From NCBI RefSeq assembly GCF_004010195.1, contig NC_057728.1, positions 53,798,535 to 53,862,534 of the forward strand: a DNA stretch of 64,000 nucleotides, given 5' to 3'. Within the stretch, counting starts at the first letter, position 1. Every line of letters starts with the position of its first letter. This document shows, one piece after another, positions 11,756 through 23,215 of this stretch. Made by a program: the position numbers and the translations under genes. The DNA comes from Chiloscyllium plagiosum. Taxonomy: Eukaryota. Below the pieces are notes generated by a model. That model searched no databases, was not told where the DNA came from, and saw only the letters and a program-made list of their open reading frames with translations.

Positions 11756-14700
11756 TCTCCTCATCTCTGTCCTAAATGGTCTACCCCGTATTGTTAAGCT
11801 GTGTCCTCTGGTTCGGCACTCACCCATCAGCGGAAACATGTTTCCTGCTGCCAGAGTGTCCAATCCTTTCATAATCTTATACGTCTCAATCAGATCCCCT
11901 CTCAGTCTTCTAAACTCAAGGGTATACAAGCCCAGTCGCTTCAGTCTTTCAGTGTAAGGTAATCCCGCCATTCCAGGAATTGACCTTGTGAACCTACGCT
12001 GCACTCCCTCAATAGCCAGAATGTCTTTCCCCAAATTTGGAGACCAGAACTGCACGCAGTACTCCAGGTGTTGTCTCACCAGGACCCTGTATAGCTGCAG
12101 AAGCACCTCTTTGCTTCTATACTCAATTCCTCTGGTTATGAAGTCCAGCATGCTATTAGCCTTCTTCACTACCTGCTGTACCTGCATGCTTGCCTTCATT
12201 GACTGGTGTACAAGAACACCCAAATCTCTCTGTACTGCCCCTTTACCTAAATTGATTCCATTGAGGTAGTAATCTGCCTTCCTGTTCTTGCCACCAAAGT
12301 GGATAACCATACATTTATCCACATTAAACTGCATCTGCCATGCATCTGCCCACTCACCTAACTTGTCCAGGTCACCCTGTAATCTCCCAACATCCTCATC
12401 ACATTTCACCCTGCCACCCAGCTTTGTATCATCAGCACATTTGCTAATGTTATTGCTGATACTATCTTCTATATCATTAACACCTATTGCAAAAAGTTGA
12501 GGTCCCAGCATGGATCCCTGCGGTACCCCACTGGTCACTGCCTGCCATTCCGAAATGGAGCCGTTTATCACTACCCCTTGTTTCCTATCAGCCAACCAAT
12601 TTTCAATCCAATCTCGTACTTTGCCCCCAATACCATGCACCCTAATTTTACTCACTAACCTCCTGTGTGGGACTTTATCAAAAGCTTTCTGAAAGTCCAG
12701 GTACACTCCATCTACTGGAACTCCCTCGTCCATCTTCAGAGTTACATCCTCAACAAATTCAAGAAGATTAGTCAAGCATGATTTCCCCTTCATAAATCCA
12801 TGCTGACTCTGTCCTATCCTGTTACTACTATCCAGATGTGCCGTAATTTCATCCTTTATAATGGTGTTAAGTGTGAATGAAGCAGGAACACAGTGAGTGT
12901 TAATTTCATCCTTTATAATGGTGTTAAGTGTGAATGAAGCAGAAACACATTGAGTGTTAATGATGTTCACTATGACTGATCCAGGAACACTGAGTGTTAA
13001 TTGTGGTCAGTGTGAATGAAACAAGAACATAGTGAGTGTTAATTGTGTTCAGTGTAAATGATGCAGGAACACAGTGAGTGTTAATGGCGTTCAGTGTGAA
13101 TGATGCAGGAACACAATGAGTGTTAATGGTGTTCAGTGTGAATGTAGCTGGAATGCAGTGAGTGTTAATGGTGTTCAGTGTGAATGAAGCAGGAACACAG
13201 TGAGTGTTATTGGTGTTCAGTGTGAATGAAGCAGGAACACAGTGAGTGTTAATGGTGTTCAGTGTGAATGAAGCCGTCACACAAGGTGTGTTAATAGCGT
13301 TCAGTGTGAATGATGCAGGAACACAGTGAGTGTTAATGGTGTTCAATATAAATGAAGCTGGAACACAGTGAGTGTTAATGGTGTTCAGTGTGAATGAAGA
13401 CATTACACAGGGTGTGTTAATGGAGTTCAGTGTGAGTGAAGCAGGAACGCTGTCAGTGTTAATGGTGTTCAGTGTGAATGATGCAGGAACACAGTGAGTG
13501 TTAATGGTGTTCAGTGTGGATGAAGCAGGAACACAGTGAGTGTTAATGGTATTCAGTGTGAATGAAGCTGGAACACAGTGAGTGTTAATGGTGTTCAGTG
13601 TGAATGAAGCAGGAACACAGTGAGTGTTCATGGTGTTCAGTGTGAATGCAGCAGGAACACAGTGAGTGCTAATCGTGCTGAGTGTGAATGAAGACCGAAC
13701 ACAGTGAGTGTTAGTGGTCTTCAGTCTGATTGAAGCAGGAACACAGTGAATGTTAATATAGTTCGGTTTGAATGGAGCAGGGATGACTGCTAATGGTTTT
13801 CGGTGTGAATGAAGAGGGAACACAGTGAGTCCTAATGTAATTTAGTGTGAATGAAGCAGAAACACAATGCGTGAGTGCAGTATTCAGTGTGAAATAAGCG
13901 GGAACACAGTGGGAGTTAATGATGTTCTGAATGAATGAGGCAGGAACACAGTGAGTGTTAATGGAGTTCAGTGTGAATGAAGCTGGAAAGCAGTGAGTGT
14001 TAATGGTGTTCAGTGTGAATGATGCAGGAACATTGAGTGTTAATGGTATTGAGTGTGAATGAAGCAGGAACACAATGAGTGTTAATGGTGTTCAGTGAGA
14101 ATGAAGCAGGGACACAATGAGTGTTACTGGTGTTCAGTGTGAATGAGGCAAGAATACAGTGAGAGTTTATGGTGTTCACTGTGACTGAACCAGGAACACG
14201 GAGTGTTAATGGTGTTCATTGTGAATGATGCATGAACACAGTGAGTGTTCATTGTATTGAGTTTCAAAAGCAGGGACACTGTGAGTGTTAATGATGCTCA
14301 CTGTGACTGAACCAGGAACACAGTCAATGTTAATTGTGTTCAGTGTAAATGAAGCAGGAACACAGTGAGTGTTAATGGTGTTCAGTGTAAATGAAGCAGG
14401 AACACAGTGAGTGTTAATGGTGTTCAGTGTGACTGAAGCAGGGACACAGTGAGTGTTCATGGTGTTCAGTGTGACTGAAGCAGGGACACAGTGAGTGTTA
14501 ATGGTGTTCAGTGTGACTGAAGCAGGGATGCCTGTTAATGGTTTTTGGTCTGAATGAAGCAGGAACACAGTGAATGTTCATATTGTTCGGTTTGAATGGA
14601 GCAGGGATGACTGCTAATAGTTTTCGGTGTGAATGAAGAGGGAACACAGTAGGTGCATCCAGAATACAGTGGGAATGAAGGAGGAACACAATGGGAGTTA

Positions 14701-16439
14701 ATGGTGTTCTGTGTGAATAAGGCAGGAACACAGTGAGTGTTAATGGTGTTCAGTGTAAATGTAGCAGGAACACAGGGAGTGTTAATGGTGTTCCCTGTGA
14801 ATGACCCCGGAACACATGGAGTGTAAATGGTGTACATTGTGAAAATTGCAGGAACACAGTCAGTCAGGACGGTGTTGAGTGTGAATGAAGCCAGAACACA
14901 TTGAGTTTTAAAGGTGCTGATTGTGAATGGTGCTTGAACACAGTGAGTGGTACTGCGTGTGAATGAAGCTGGAATACAGTGAGTGTTAATGGTGTTCAGT
15001 GTGAATGAAGCTGGAATACAGTGAGTGTTAATGGTATTCAGTGTGGATGAAGCAGGAACACAGTGAGTGTTAATGGTGTTCAGTGTGAATGAAGCAGGAA
15101 CACAGTGAGTGTTAATGGTGTTCAGTATGAATGAAGCTGGAATACAGTGAGTGTTAATGGTGTTCAGTGTGAATGAAGCTGGAACACATTGAGTGTTAAT
15201 GGTGTTCAGTGTGAATGTTGCATGAACACAGTGAGTGCTAATGGTGTTCATTGCCAAAAGCAGGGACAGTGTGCGTGTTAATGATGTTCATTGTGACTGA
15301 ACCGGGAACACAGTGATTGTTAATGGTGTTCAGTGTGAATGATGCAGAAACACAGTGAGTGTTAATGGTATTCAATATAAATGAAGCAGGAACACAGTGA
15401 GTGTTAATTGTGTTCAGTGTGAATGAAGCTGGAACACAGTGAGTGTTAATGGTGTTCAGGGTGAATGAAGCAGGAACATAGTGAATGTTAATAGTACTGA
15501 GTGTGAATGAAGCAGGAACACAATGAGTGTTAATTGTGTTCAGTGTGAATGAATCAGGAACACAGTGAGTGTTAATGGTGTTCAGTGTGAATGATGCAGG
15601 AAAACAGTGAGTGTTAATGGTGTTCAGTGTGAAATTAGCAGGAACACAGTGACACTTCATGGTGTTCAGGGTGAATGAAGCAAGAACGCATTGAGTGTTA
15701 ATGGCGTTCAGTGTGAATGATGCAAGAACACGGTGAGTGTTCATGGTGTACAGTGTGAATGAAGCCGTAACGCAGTTAGTGTTAATGGCGTTCAGTGCGA
15801 ATGCAGCAGGAACACAGTGAGTGTTAATGGTGTTCAGTGTGACTGAAGCAGGGACACAGTGAGTGTTAATGGTGTTCAGTGTGACTGAAGCAGGGATGAC
15901 TGTTAATGGTTTTTAGTCTGAATGAAGCAGGAACACAATGAATGTTCATATTGTTCGGTTTGAATGGAGCAGGGATGACTGCTAATAGTTTTCGGTGTGA
16001 ATGAAGAGGGAACACAGTGAGTGCATGCAGTATTCAGTGTGAATGAAGCAGGAACACAATGGGATTTAATGGCGTTATGTGTGAATGAGGCAGGAACACA
16101 GTGAGTGTTAATGGTGTTCAGTGTGAATGAAGCAGGAACATACTGACTGTTAATGGTATTCAGTGTGAATGAAGCAGGAACATAGTGAGTGTTAATGGTA
16201 CTGAATGTGAATGAAACAGGAACACACTGAGTGTTCACGGTGTTCCGTGTGAATGAAGCAGGGACACAGTGAGTGTTAATGGTGTTGAGTGTGAATGAGG
16301 CACAAACACAGTGAGTGTTAATGGTACTGGTTGTGTGAATGAACAGGAACACAATGAGTGTTAATTGTGTTCAGTGTGAATGATGCAGGAACACAGTTAG
16401 TGTTAATGGTGTTCAATGTAAATGAAGCAGGACCACAAT

Positions 16440-17985
16440 GAGTGTTAATCGTGTTCAGTGTGAATGAAGCTGGAACACAGTGAGTGTAAATGGTGTTCAG
16501 TATGAATGAAGGAGGAACATAGTGAGTGTTCATGGTGTTCAGTGAGAATGAAGCAGGGACACAATGAGTGTTACTGATGTTCAGTGTGAATGAGGCAGAA
16601 ACACAGTGAGTGTTAATGTACTGAGTGTGAATGAAGCCAGAACACATTGAGTTTTAAAGGTGCTGAGTGTGAATGGTGCACGAACAGAGTGAATGTTAAT
16701 GGTACCTAGTGTGAATGAAGAAGGAACACAATGAGTGTAAATTGTGTTCAGTGTAAATGAAGCAGGAATATTCAAATTGTTAATGGTGTTCAGTGTGAAT
16801 GAAGCAAGAATATAGTGAGTGTTAATGATACTGTGTGTGAATGAAGCAGGAACACAATGGGATTTAATGGCGTTATGTGTGAATGAGGCAGGAACACAGT
16901 GAGTGTTAATGGTGTTGAGTGTGAATGAGGCACAAACACAGTGAGTGTTAATGGTACTGGTTGTGTGAATGAACAGGAACACAATGAGTGTTAATCGTGT
17001 TCAGTGTGAATGAAGCTGGAACGCAGTGAGTGTAAATGGTGTTCAGTATGAATGAAGGAGGAACATAGTGAGTGTTCATGGTGTTCAGTGAGAATGAAGC
17101 AGGGACACAATGAGTGTTACTGATGTTCAGTGTGAATGAGGCAGAAACACAGTGAGTGTTAATGTACTGAGTGTGAATGAAGCCAGAACACATTGAGTTT
17201 TAAAGGTGCTGAGTGTGAATGGTGCACGAACAGAGTGAATGTTAATGGTACCTAGTGTGAATGAAGAAGGAACACAATGAGTGTAAATTGTGTTCAGTGT
17301 AAATGAAGCAGGAATATTCAAATTGTTAATGGTGTTCAGTGTGAATGAAGCAAGAATATAGTGAGTGTTAATGATACTGTGTGTGAATGAAGCAGGAACA
17401 CAATGGGATTTAATGGCGTTATGTGTGAATGAGGCAGGAACACAGTGAGTGTTAATGGTGTTGAGTGTGAATGAGGCACAAACACAGTGAGTGTTAATGG
17501 TACTGGTTGTGTGAATGAACAGGAACACAATGAGTGTTAATCGTGTTCAGTGTGAATGAAGCTGGAACGCAGTGAGTGTAAATGGTGTTCAGTATGAATG
17601 AAGGAGGAACATAGTGAGTGTTCATGGTGTTCAGTGAGAATGAAGCAGGGACACAATGAGTGTTACTGATGTTCAGTGTGAATGAGGCAGAAACACAGTG
17701 AGTGTTAATGTACTGAGTGTGAATGAAGCCAGAACACATTGAGTTTTAAAGGTGCTGAGTGTGAATGGTGCACGAACAGAGTGAATGTTAATGGTACCTA
17801 GTGTGAATGAAGAAGGAACACAATGAGTGTAAATTGTGTTCAGTGTAAATGAAGCAGGAATATTCAAATTGTTAATGGTGTTCAGTGTGAATGAAGCAAG
17901 AATATAGTGAGTGTTAATGATACTGTGTGTGAATGAAGCAGGAACACAATGGGATTTAATGGCGTTATGTGTGAATGAGGCAGGA
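16440..17985. repeat. 546-bp higher-order repeat (13 x 42 bp), ~2.8 near-identical copies
   Basis: Identical ORF pairs are offset by exactly 546 bp (16581/17127, 16790/17336, 16948/17494). Confidence 0.9.
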
Positions 17986-18881
17986 TGACATCTTCATGAT
18001 GTAGCTTCCTGTGTCTATGCTCAGTGTTCAATTTTTGAGTTAACCCTTCTCCCCACAGTTTTACATCCGGACAATATTCGGTTTCATGCAAGTGAATATC
18101 AAGGCGAAGTGAAAACATGACAATTGAATGGGTTAGATCCAGAGTAGAGGTTCACGGATCCAAAGGGTTGCAAAGTCCACTTAGAAAGGGAAAGATAGGC
18201 AAGTACAAACATCAGAAACAAAACTCTGACAGGTCTATCCTGATGGCCAGAAAAATATAAGGATTAAGACAGGCCAAGGAAGAAAAGCAACAGGGTGGGG
18301 GGATAATGTAGACCAAGGAGGTACCAGGATGGGTGGGGGGAGATGGGGAGTGCTGCCGAGATGCTGGATGTCGGGGGGAGTGGAGTTGTGAGGTGAGGGG
18401 AGGTTGCTCCTTGGGAAAACCAAAGAAGAACAAGACTATGCCAATGACCCCACAAAGATTATTGTAACATCAAAACTGAGGTGACTGTTTCAGGATCTTG
18501 CATTAGGAGTGGTGTCCCAAGCCCAGTTCTCACCCCATTTAGTTTGCAGTTCAGTCATTGCTGTACTAAAGCCTCAGGTTCATTAACTGAATTAATTTTC
18601 TGTGCACCAACTTGTTGCGAAGCATTGAAAAGCTGCTGTTTGCAATTCCTCTGTCACTATGCTCTACGTTACAGTCGTGACTCCACAGCGTGAGGTCGTG
18701 AATGGCGCTATAGAAATGAAACCGTTTCTGTGCTTTATTCATGAATTACTGTTAACAAGTTGAATCCTTCAAACCTGATCGAGATCCAGGATTGTTGAAT
18801 GATGGCAAACATTATTGAGTGAAAATGATAGTCAAGCTCTGAGGTAAGATATGCTGTAACTATGACTACAGTTGTCATGAG

Positions 18882-21800
18882 GGAGAGAGTGAGGACTGCA
18901 GATGCTGGAGAGTCAGAATCAAAAAGTGCGGCGCTGGAAACGCATAGCAGGACGGGCAGCATCTGAGGAGTAGGAGAGTTGATGATCGAGCATGAGCTCT
19001 TCCTCAAGAATGTGGAGGGGGTGATGCCCAAGGAGGCTGAGAGATCATTGGGAGGAGGATAGGGCTGGGGGAAAGGTAGCTGGGAATGTGATAAGTAGAT
19101 GAAGGTGGGAGGTGATGGTGATCAGTCGGAGCAGAGGGTGGAGCAGATAGGTGGGAAGGAAGATGGACAGTTCAAAGGGGCAGTGTTGAGTTGGAGGGTT
19201 GGATCTGGGATAAGGTGGGTGGAGGGGAAATTAGGAAACTGGTGAAATCAAAATTGATCCTGTGTGGTTGGAGAGTCCCAAGCGGAAGATGAGGCGTTCT
19301 TCCTCCAGGCCTCAGGTGGCTAGAGTTTGGCAGTGAAGGAGGCCCAGGACTTGCATGTCCTTGACGGAGTAGGAGGGGGTGCTGAAGTGTTTGGCCACAG
19401 GGCAATGGGCTGTTTAGTGCGTGTGTCCCAGATATGTTCTGTGAAATGTTCCCCAAGTTGGCATCCTGTCTCTCCAATGTACAGAAGACCACGCTGCGAG
19501 CAATGGACACAGTAGATGGCATGTTTGGAAATGCAGGTAAATCTCTGTCAGGTGTGGAAGGATCCTTTGAGGCCCTAGACAGAGGTGAGGGGTGAGGTGT
19601 GGGTGCAGGTTTTACACTTTTTGCGGTGGCAAGGGAAGATGCTGGGAGTGGAGTGTGGATTGTTGGGGGGGGAGGGCATGGACCTCACAAGGGAGCCACG
19701 GAGGGAATGGCTTTACAGAACACAGATAGGGGTGTAGAGGGAAATACAGTTTATCCCTCGTGGTGGGGTCTGTTTGTAGGTAGCGGAAATGGCAGAGGAT
19801 GATGCATTGTATCCGGAGGTCGGTGGTGTGGAAGGTAAGGATCAAGAGGGTTCTGTCCTTGTTGCGATTGGAGGAATGTGATTCAAGGGCAGAGGTGTGA
19901 GAAGTGGAGGAGATGTGCTGGAGGGCATTGCTCACCACGTGGAAATTGTGGTCAAAAGACAATAGGTGCAGGTGTAGGCCATTCTGCCCTTCGAGCCAGC
20001 ACCACCATTCATTATGATCATGGCTGATCATTCTCAATCGGTATCCTGTTCCTGCCTTATCCCCATAACCCTTGATTCCACTATCCTTAAGAGCTCTATC
20101 CAACTCTTTCTTGAAAGTATCCAGAGACTTGGCCTCCACAGCCTTCTGGGGCAGAGTATTCCACACACCCACCGCTCTCTGGGTGAAAAAGTTTCTCCTC
20201 ACCTCTGTTTTCCTGCCTTCAGAGTGTCCAATCCTTTAATAGTCTTATACGTCTCAATCAGATCCCCTCTCAGTCGCACCAGTCTTTCAGCGTAAGATAG
20301 TCCCGCCATTCCGGGAATTGACCTCGTGGACCTACGCTGCACTCCCTCAATAGCCAGAATGTCTTTCCTCAAATTTGGAGACCAAAACTGCACACAATAT
20401 TCCAGATGTGGTCTCACCAGGGCCCTGTACAGCTGCAGAAGGACCTCTTTGTTCCAATACTCAATTCCTCTTGTTATGAAGGCCAGCATGCTATTAGCTT
20501 TTTTCACTGCCTGCTGTACCTGCATGCTTGCTTTCATTGACTAATGTACAAGAACACCTAGATCTCGTTTTACTGCCCCTTAACCTCCATTTAAGTAGTA
20601 ATCTGCCTTCCTGTTCTTGCCATCAAAGTGGATAACCACTCATCTAAACTGCATCAGCCATGCATTCGTCCACTCACCTAGCCTGTCCTGGTCACCCTGT
20701 ATTCTCCTAACATCCTCCTCACATTTCACCCTGCCACTCAGCTTTGTGTAATCAGCAAATTTGCTAATATTACTTTTAATACCTTCATCTATATCATTAA
20801 TGTACATTGTAAAAAAACTGCGGTCCCAGCACTGATCCCTGCGGCACACCACTGGTCACCGCCTGCCATTCCGAAAGGGAGCAGTTTATCACTACTCTGT
20901 TTCCTGTCAGCCAACCAATTTTCAATCCATGTCAGTATTTTGCCCCTCATGTCATGTGCTCTAATTTTGCTCACTAACCTCCTATGTGGGACTTTATCAA
21001 AGGCTTTCTGAAAGTCCAGGTATACTACATCCACTGGATCTCCCTTGTCCATCTTCAGAGTTACATCCTCAAAAAATTCCAGAAGATTAGTCAAGCATGA
21101 TTTCCCCTTCATAAATCCATGCTGACTCTGACCTATCCTGTTACTGCTATCCAGATGTGTCGTAATTTCGTCCTTTATAATTGACTCCAGCATTTTCCCA
21201 CCAGTGAGGTCAGACTAACTGGTCTATAATTCTCTGTTTTCTCTCTCCCTCCTTTCTTAAAAAGTGGTACAACATTAGCCACCCTCCAATCCACAGGAAC
21301 TGATCCTGAATCTATTAGAACATTGGAAAATGATCACCAATGCATCCACGATTTCTAGAGCCACCTCCTTCAGTACCCTGGGATGCAGACCATCAGGTCC
21401 TGGGGACTTATCAGCCTTCAGACCTGACAGTCTCTCCAACACCATTTCCTGCCTAATATAAATTCCCTTCAGTTCAGGTCCTTTAGCCACTATTACATCT
21501 GGGAGATTGCTCATGTCTTCCCCAGTGAAGACAGATCTAAAGTATCAATTCAACTCTTCTGCCATTTCATTTTTCCCCGTAATAAATTCACCCGTTTCTG
21601 TCTTCAAGGGCCAATTTTAGTCTTAACCATTTTTTTTTCTTTTCACATACCGATAAAAGCCTTTACTATCCTCCTTTATATTATTGGCCAGTTTACCTTC
21701 GTACCTTATTTTTTCTTTGCGTATTTCCTTTTTCGTTATCCTCTGTTCTTTAAAAGCTTCCCAGTTCTCCGATTTTCCACTCATCTTTGCTATGTTATAC

Positions 21801-23215
21801 TTTTTCCCTTTTGTCTTTATATGGTCTTTAACTTCCCTCGTCAGCCACGGCCACCCCTGCCTCCCCTTAGGATCTTTCTTCCTTTTTGGAATGAACTGAT
21901 CCTGCAATTTCTGCATTATACCCAGAAATACCTGGTATTGTTGTTCCACTACCATCCCTGCTAGGGTATTGCACCATTGAACTTTGGCCAGCTCCTCCCT
22001 CATAGCTCTATAGTTCCCCTTACTCAACTGAAATATTGTCACTTCCAATTCTACCCTCTCCCTTTCAAACTGCAGATTAAAGCTTATTGTATTATGGTCA
22101 CTACCTCCTAATGGCTCCTTCACTTCGAGGTCCCTGATCAAATCCGGTTCGTTACACAACACCAGATCCAGAATTGCTTTCTCCCTGGGAGGCTCCAGCA
22201 CCAGCTGTTCTAAGCATCCATCTCGGAGGCACTCCACAAACTCCCTTTTTTGGGGTCCAGTACCATCCTGATTCTCCCAGTCTACCTGCATGTTGAAATC
22301 CCCCGTAACAACTGTAGTAATATCTTTGCGACAGGCCAATTTCAGCTTACTCACTACATCCAGGCTACTCTTTGAGGGCCTGTAGATAACTCCCATTAGG
22401 GTCTTTCTATCCTTAGAATTTCTCAGCTCTATCTATATTGACTCTATCTTCTATCCTGGAAGAAGGAGGCCATTTGGGATGTTCTGTGCTAGAATTGGTC
22501 ATCCTGGGAATGGATGCGGTGGAGGCATAGGAATTGGAAGTAAGGGATAACATTTTTACAGGAGGCAAGGTGGGAGGAGGTATAATCCAGATAACAGTGG
22601 GAGTCGGTGGGTTTGAAGTAGATGTCCATGTTGAGTCGGTTGCTGGATATACAGATAGAGAGGTCCAGGAAGGGGAGGGAGGTATCCGAAATGGTCCGGG
22701 TGAATTTGAGGTCAGGGCGCAAGGTGGTTGTGAAGTTAATGAACTGTGCAACCTCCTTGTAGGAGCACGAGGTGGTGCTGATACAGTCATCGACGTAGTG
22801 GAGGAAAAGCTGGGGAATAGTGCCGGTGTAGATGCAGAAGATAGACTGTTCCACGCACCCGATGAAGAGGCAGGCATAGCTGGGGCCCACGCGGGTGCCC
22901 ATGGCTACCCCTTTGGTCTGGAGGAAGTGGGAGGATCGAAGCAGAAATTGTTGAGGGTGAAGACTAGTTCAGCCAATTAAATGAGAGTGTCAGTGGAAAA
23001 GTACTGGTTGGGGAAGGAAGAAATGGAGGGCTTGGAGGCCTTTGTTTTGACGGGTCGATGTGTAGAGAGAGTGGATGTCCCTGGTGAAGATGAGGCATTG
23101 GAGGCTGGGGGAAAAGAAAGTCATGGAGGAGGTGGAGGGCATGGGTGGTGTCCTGAATGTATATGGGGAGATCCTGGACCAAGGGGGCAGCACGGTGTTA
23201 AAGTATGCAGAGATA
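18882..23215 (-). mobile_element. Penelope-like retroelement (RT, GIY-YIG and terminus), decayed, split by a CR1 insertion
   Basis: RT motif MGTRVGPSYACLF...FLHYVDDCI and DIYFKPTDSHCYLDYTSSH at 22489-22902. The GIY-YIG region lies at ~19300-19530 and the terminus at 18882-19010. The sequence is continuous across the CR1 when compared with 31650-31700. Possible TSD AGT(T/A)GTCATGAG at 18870-18881 / 23233-23244. Confidence 0.9.
19955..22450 (-). mobile_element. CR1 LINE ORF2 (partial APE endonuclease and RT) with 3' UTR, same family as 11287-12863
   Basis: GVIYRP, VVTGDFNM, ILDLVL, GSDH (endonuclease); KSPGPDGLHPRVLKE; YLDFQKAFDKVPH; FADYTKL. The copy is frameshifted. Confidence 0.95.

Larger units (their letters stand above)
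11287..12863 (-). mobile_element. 5'-truncated CR1 LINE (RT domain plus 3' UTR with (TCTATTG)n tail) inserted in the satellite
   Basis: ORF 11543-12970 contains QHGFMKGKSCLTNLLEF, YLDFQKAFDKVPH, GVPQGSMLGP and CADDTKL. The tail CAATAGACAATAGACAATAG starts near 11290. Confidence 0.95.
5628..17985. repeat. 42-bp tandem repeat array, ~250 monomers, consensus CAGTGAGTGTTAATGGTGTTCAGTGTGAATGAAGCAGGAACA
   Basis: The 42-nt periodicity is directly visible. The minus frame reads (TLNTINTHCVPASF)n. The array is interrupted by insertions at 8647-8860 and 11287-12863. Confidence 0.98.

Noticed and set aside
5898..17867. Calling the repeat ORFs as an intact CDS
   Set aside because: Many frameshifts, some stops, TE insertions and no recognisable start or splice structure; kept only as a hypothesis in the findings.
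5628..17985. CRISPR array
   Set aside because: Contiguous tandem monomers without unique spacers, no cas genes, and vertebrate context.
5628..17985. Origin from C2H2 zinc-finger repeats (42 bp is half of 84 bp; IHTE in one frame)
   Set aside because: No CxxC/HxxxH spacing or TGEKP linker, and that frame has a stop in every unit.
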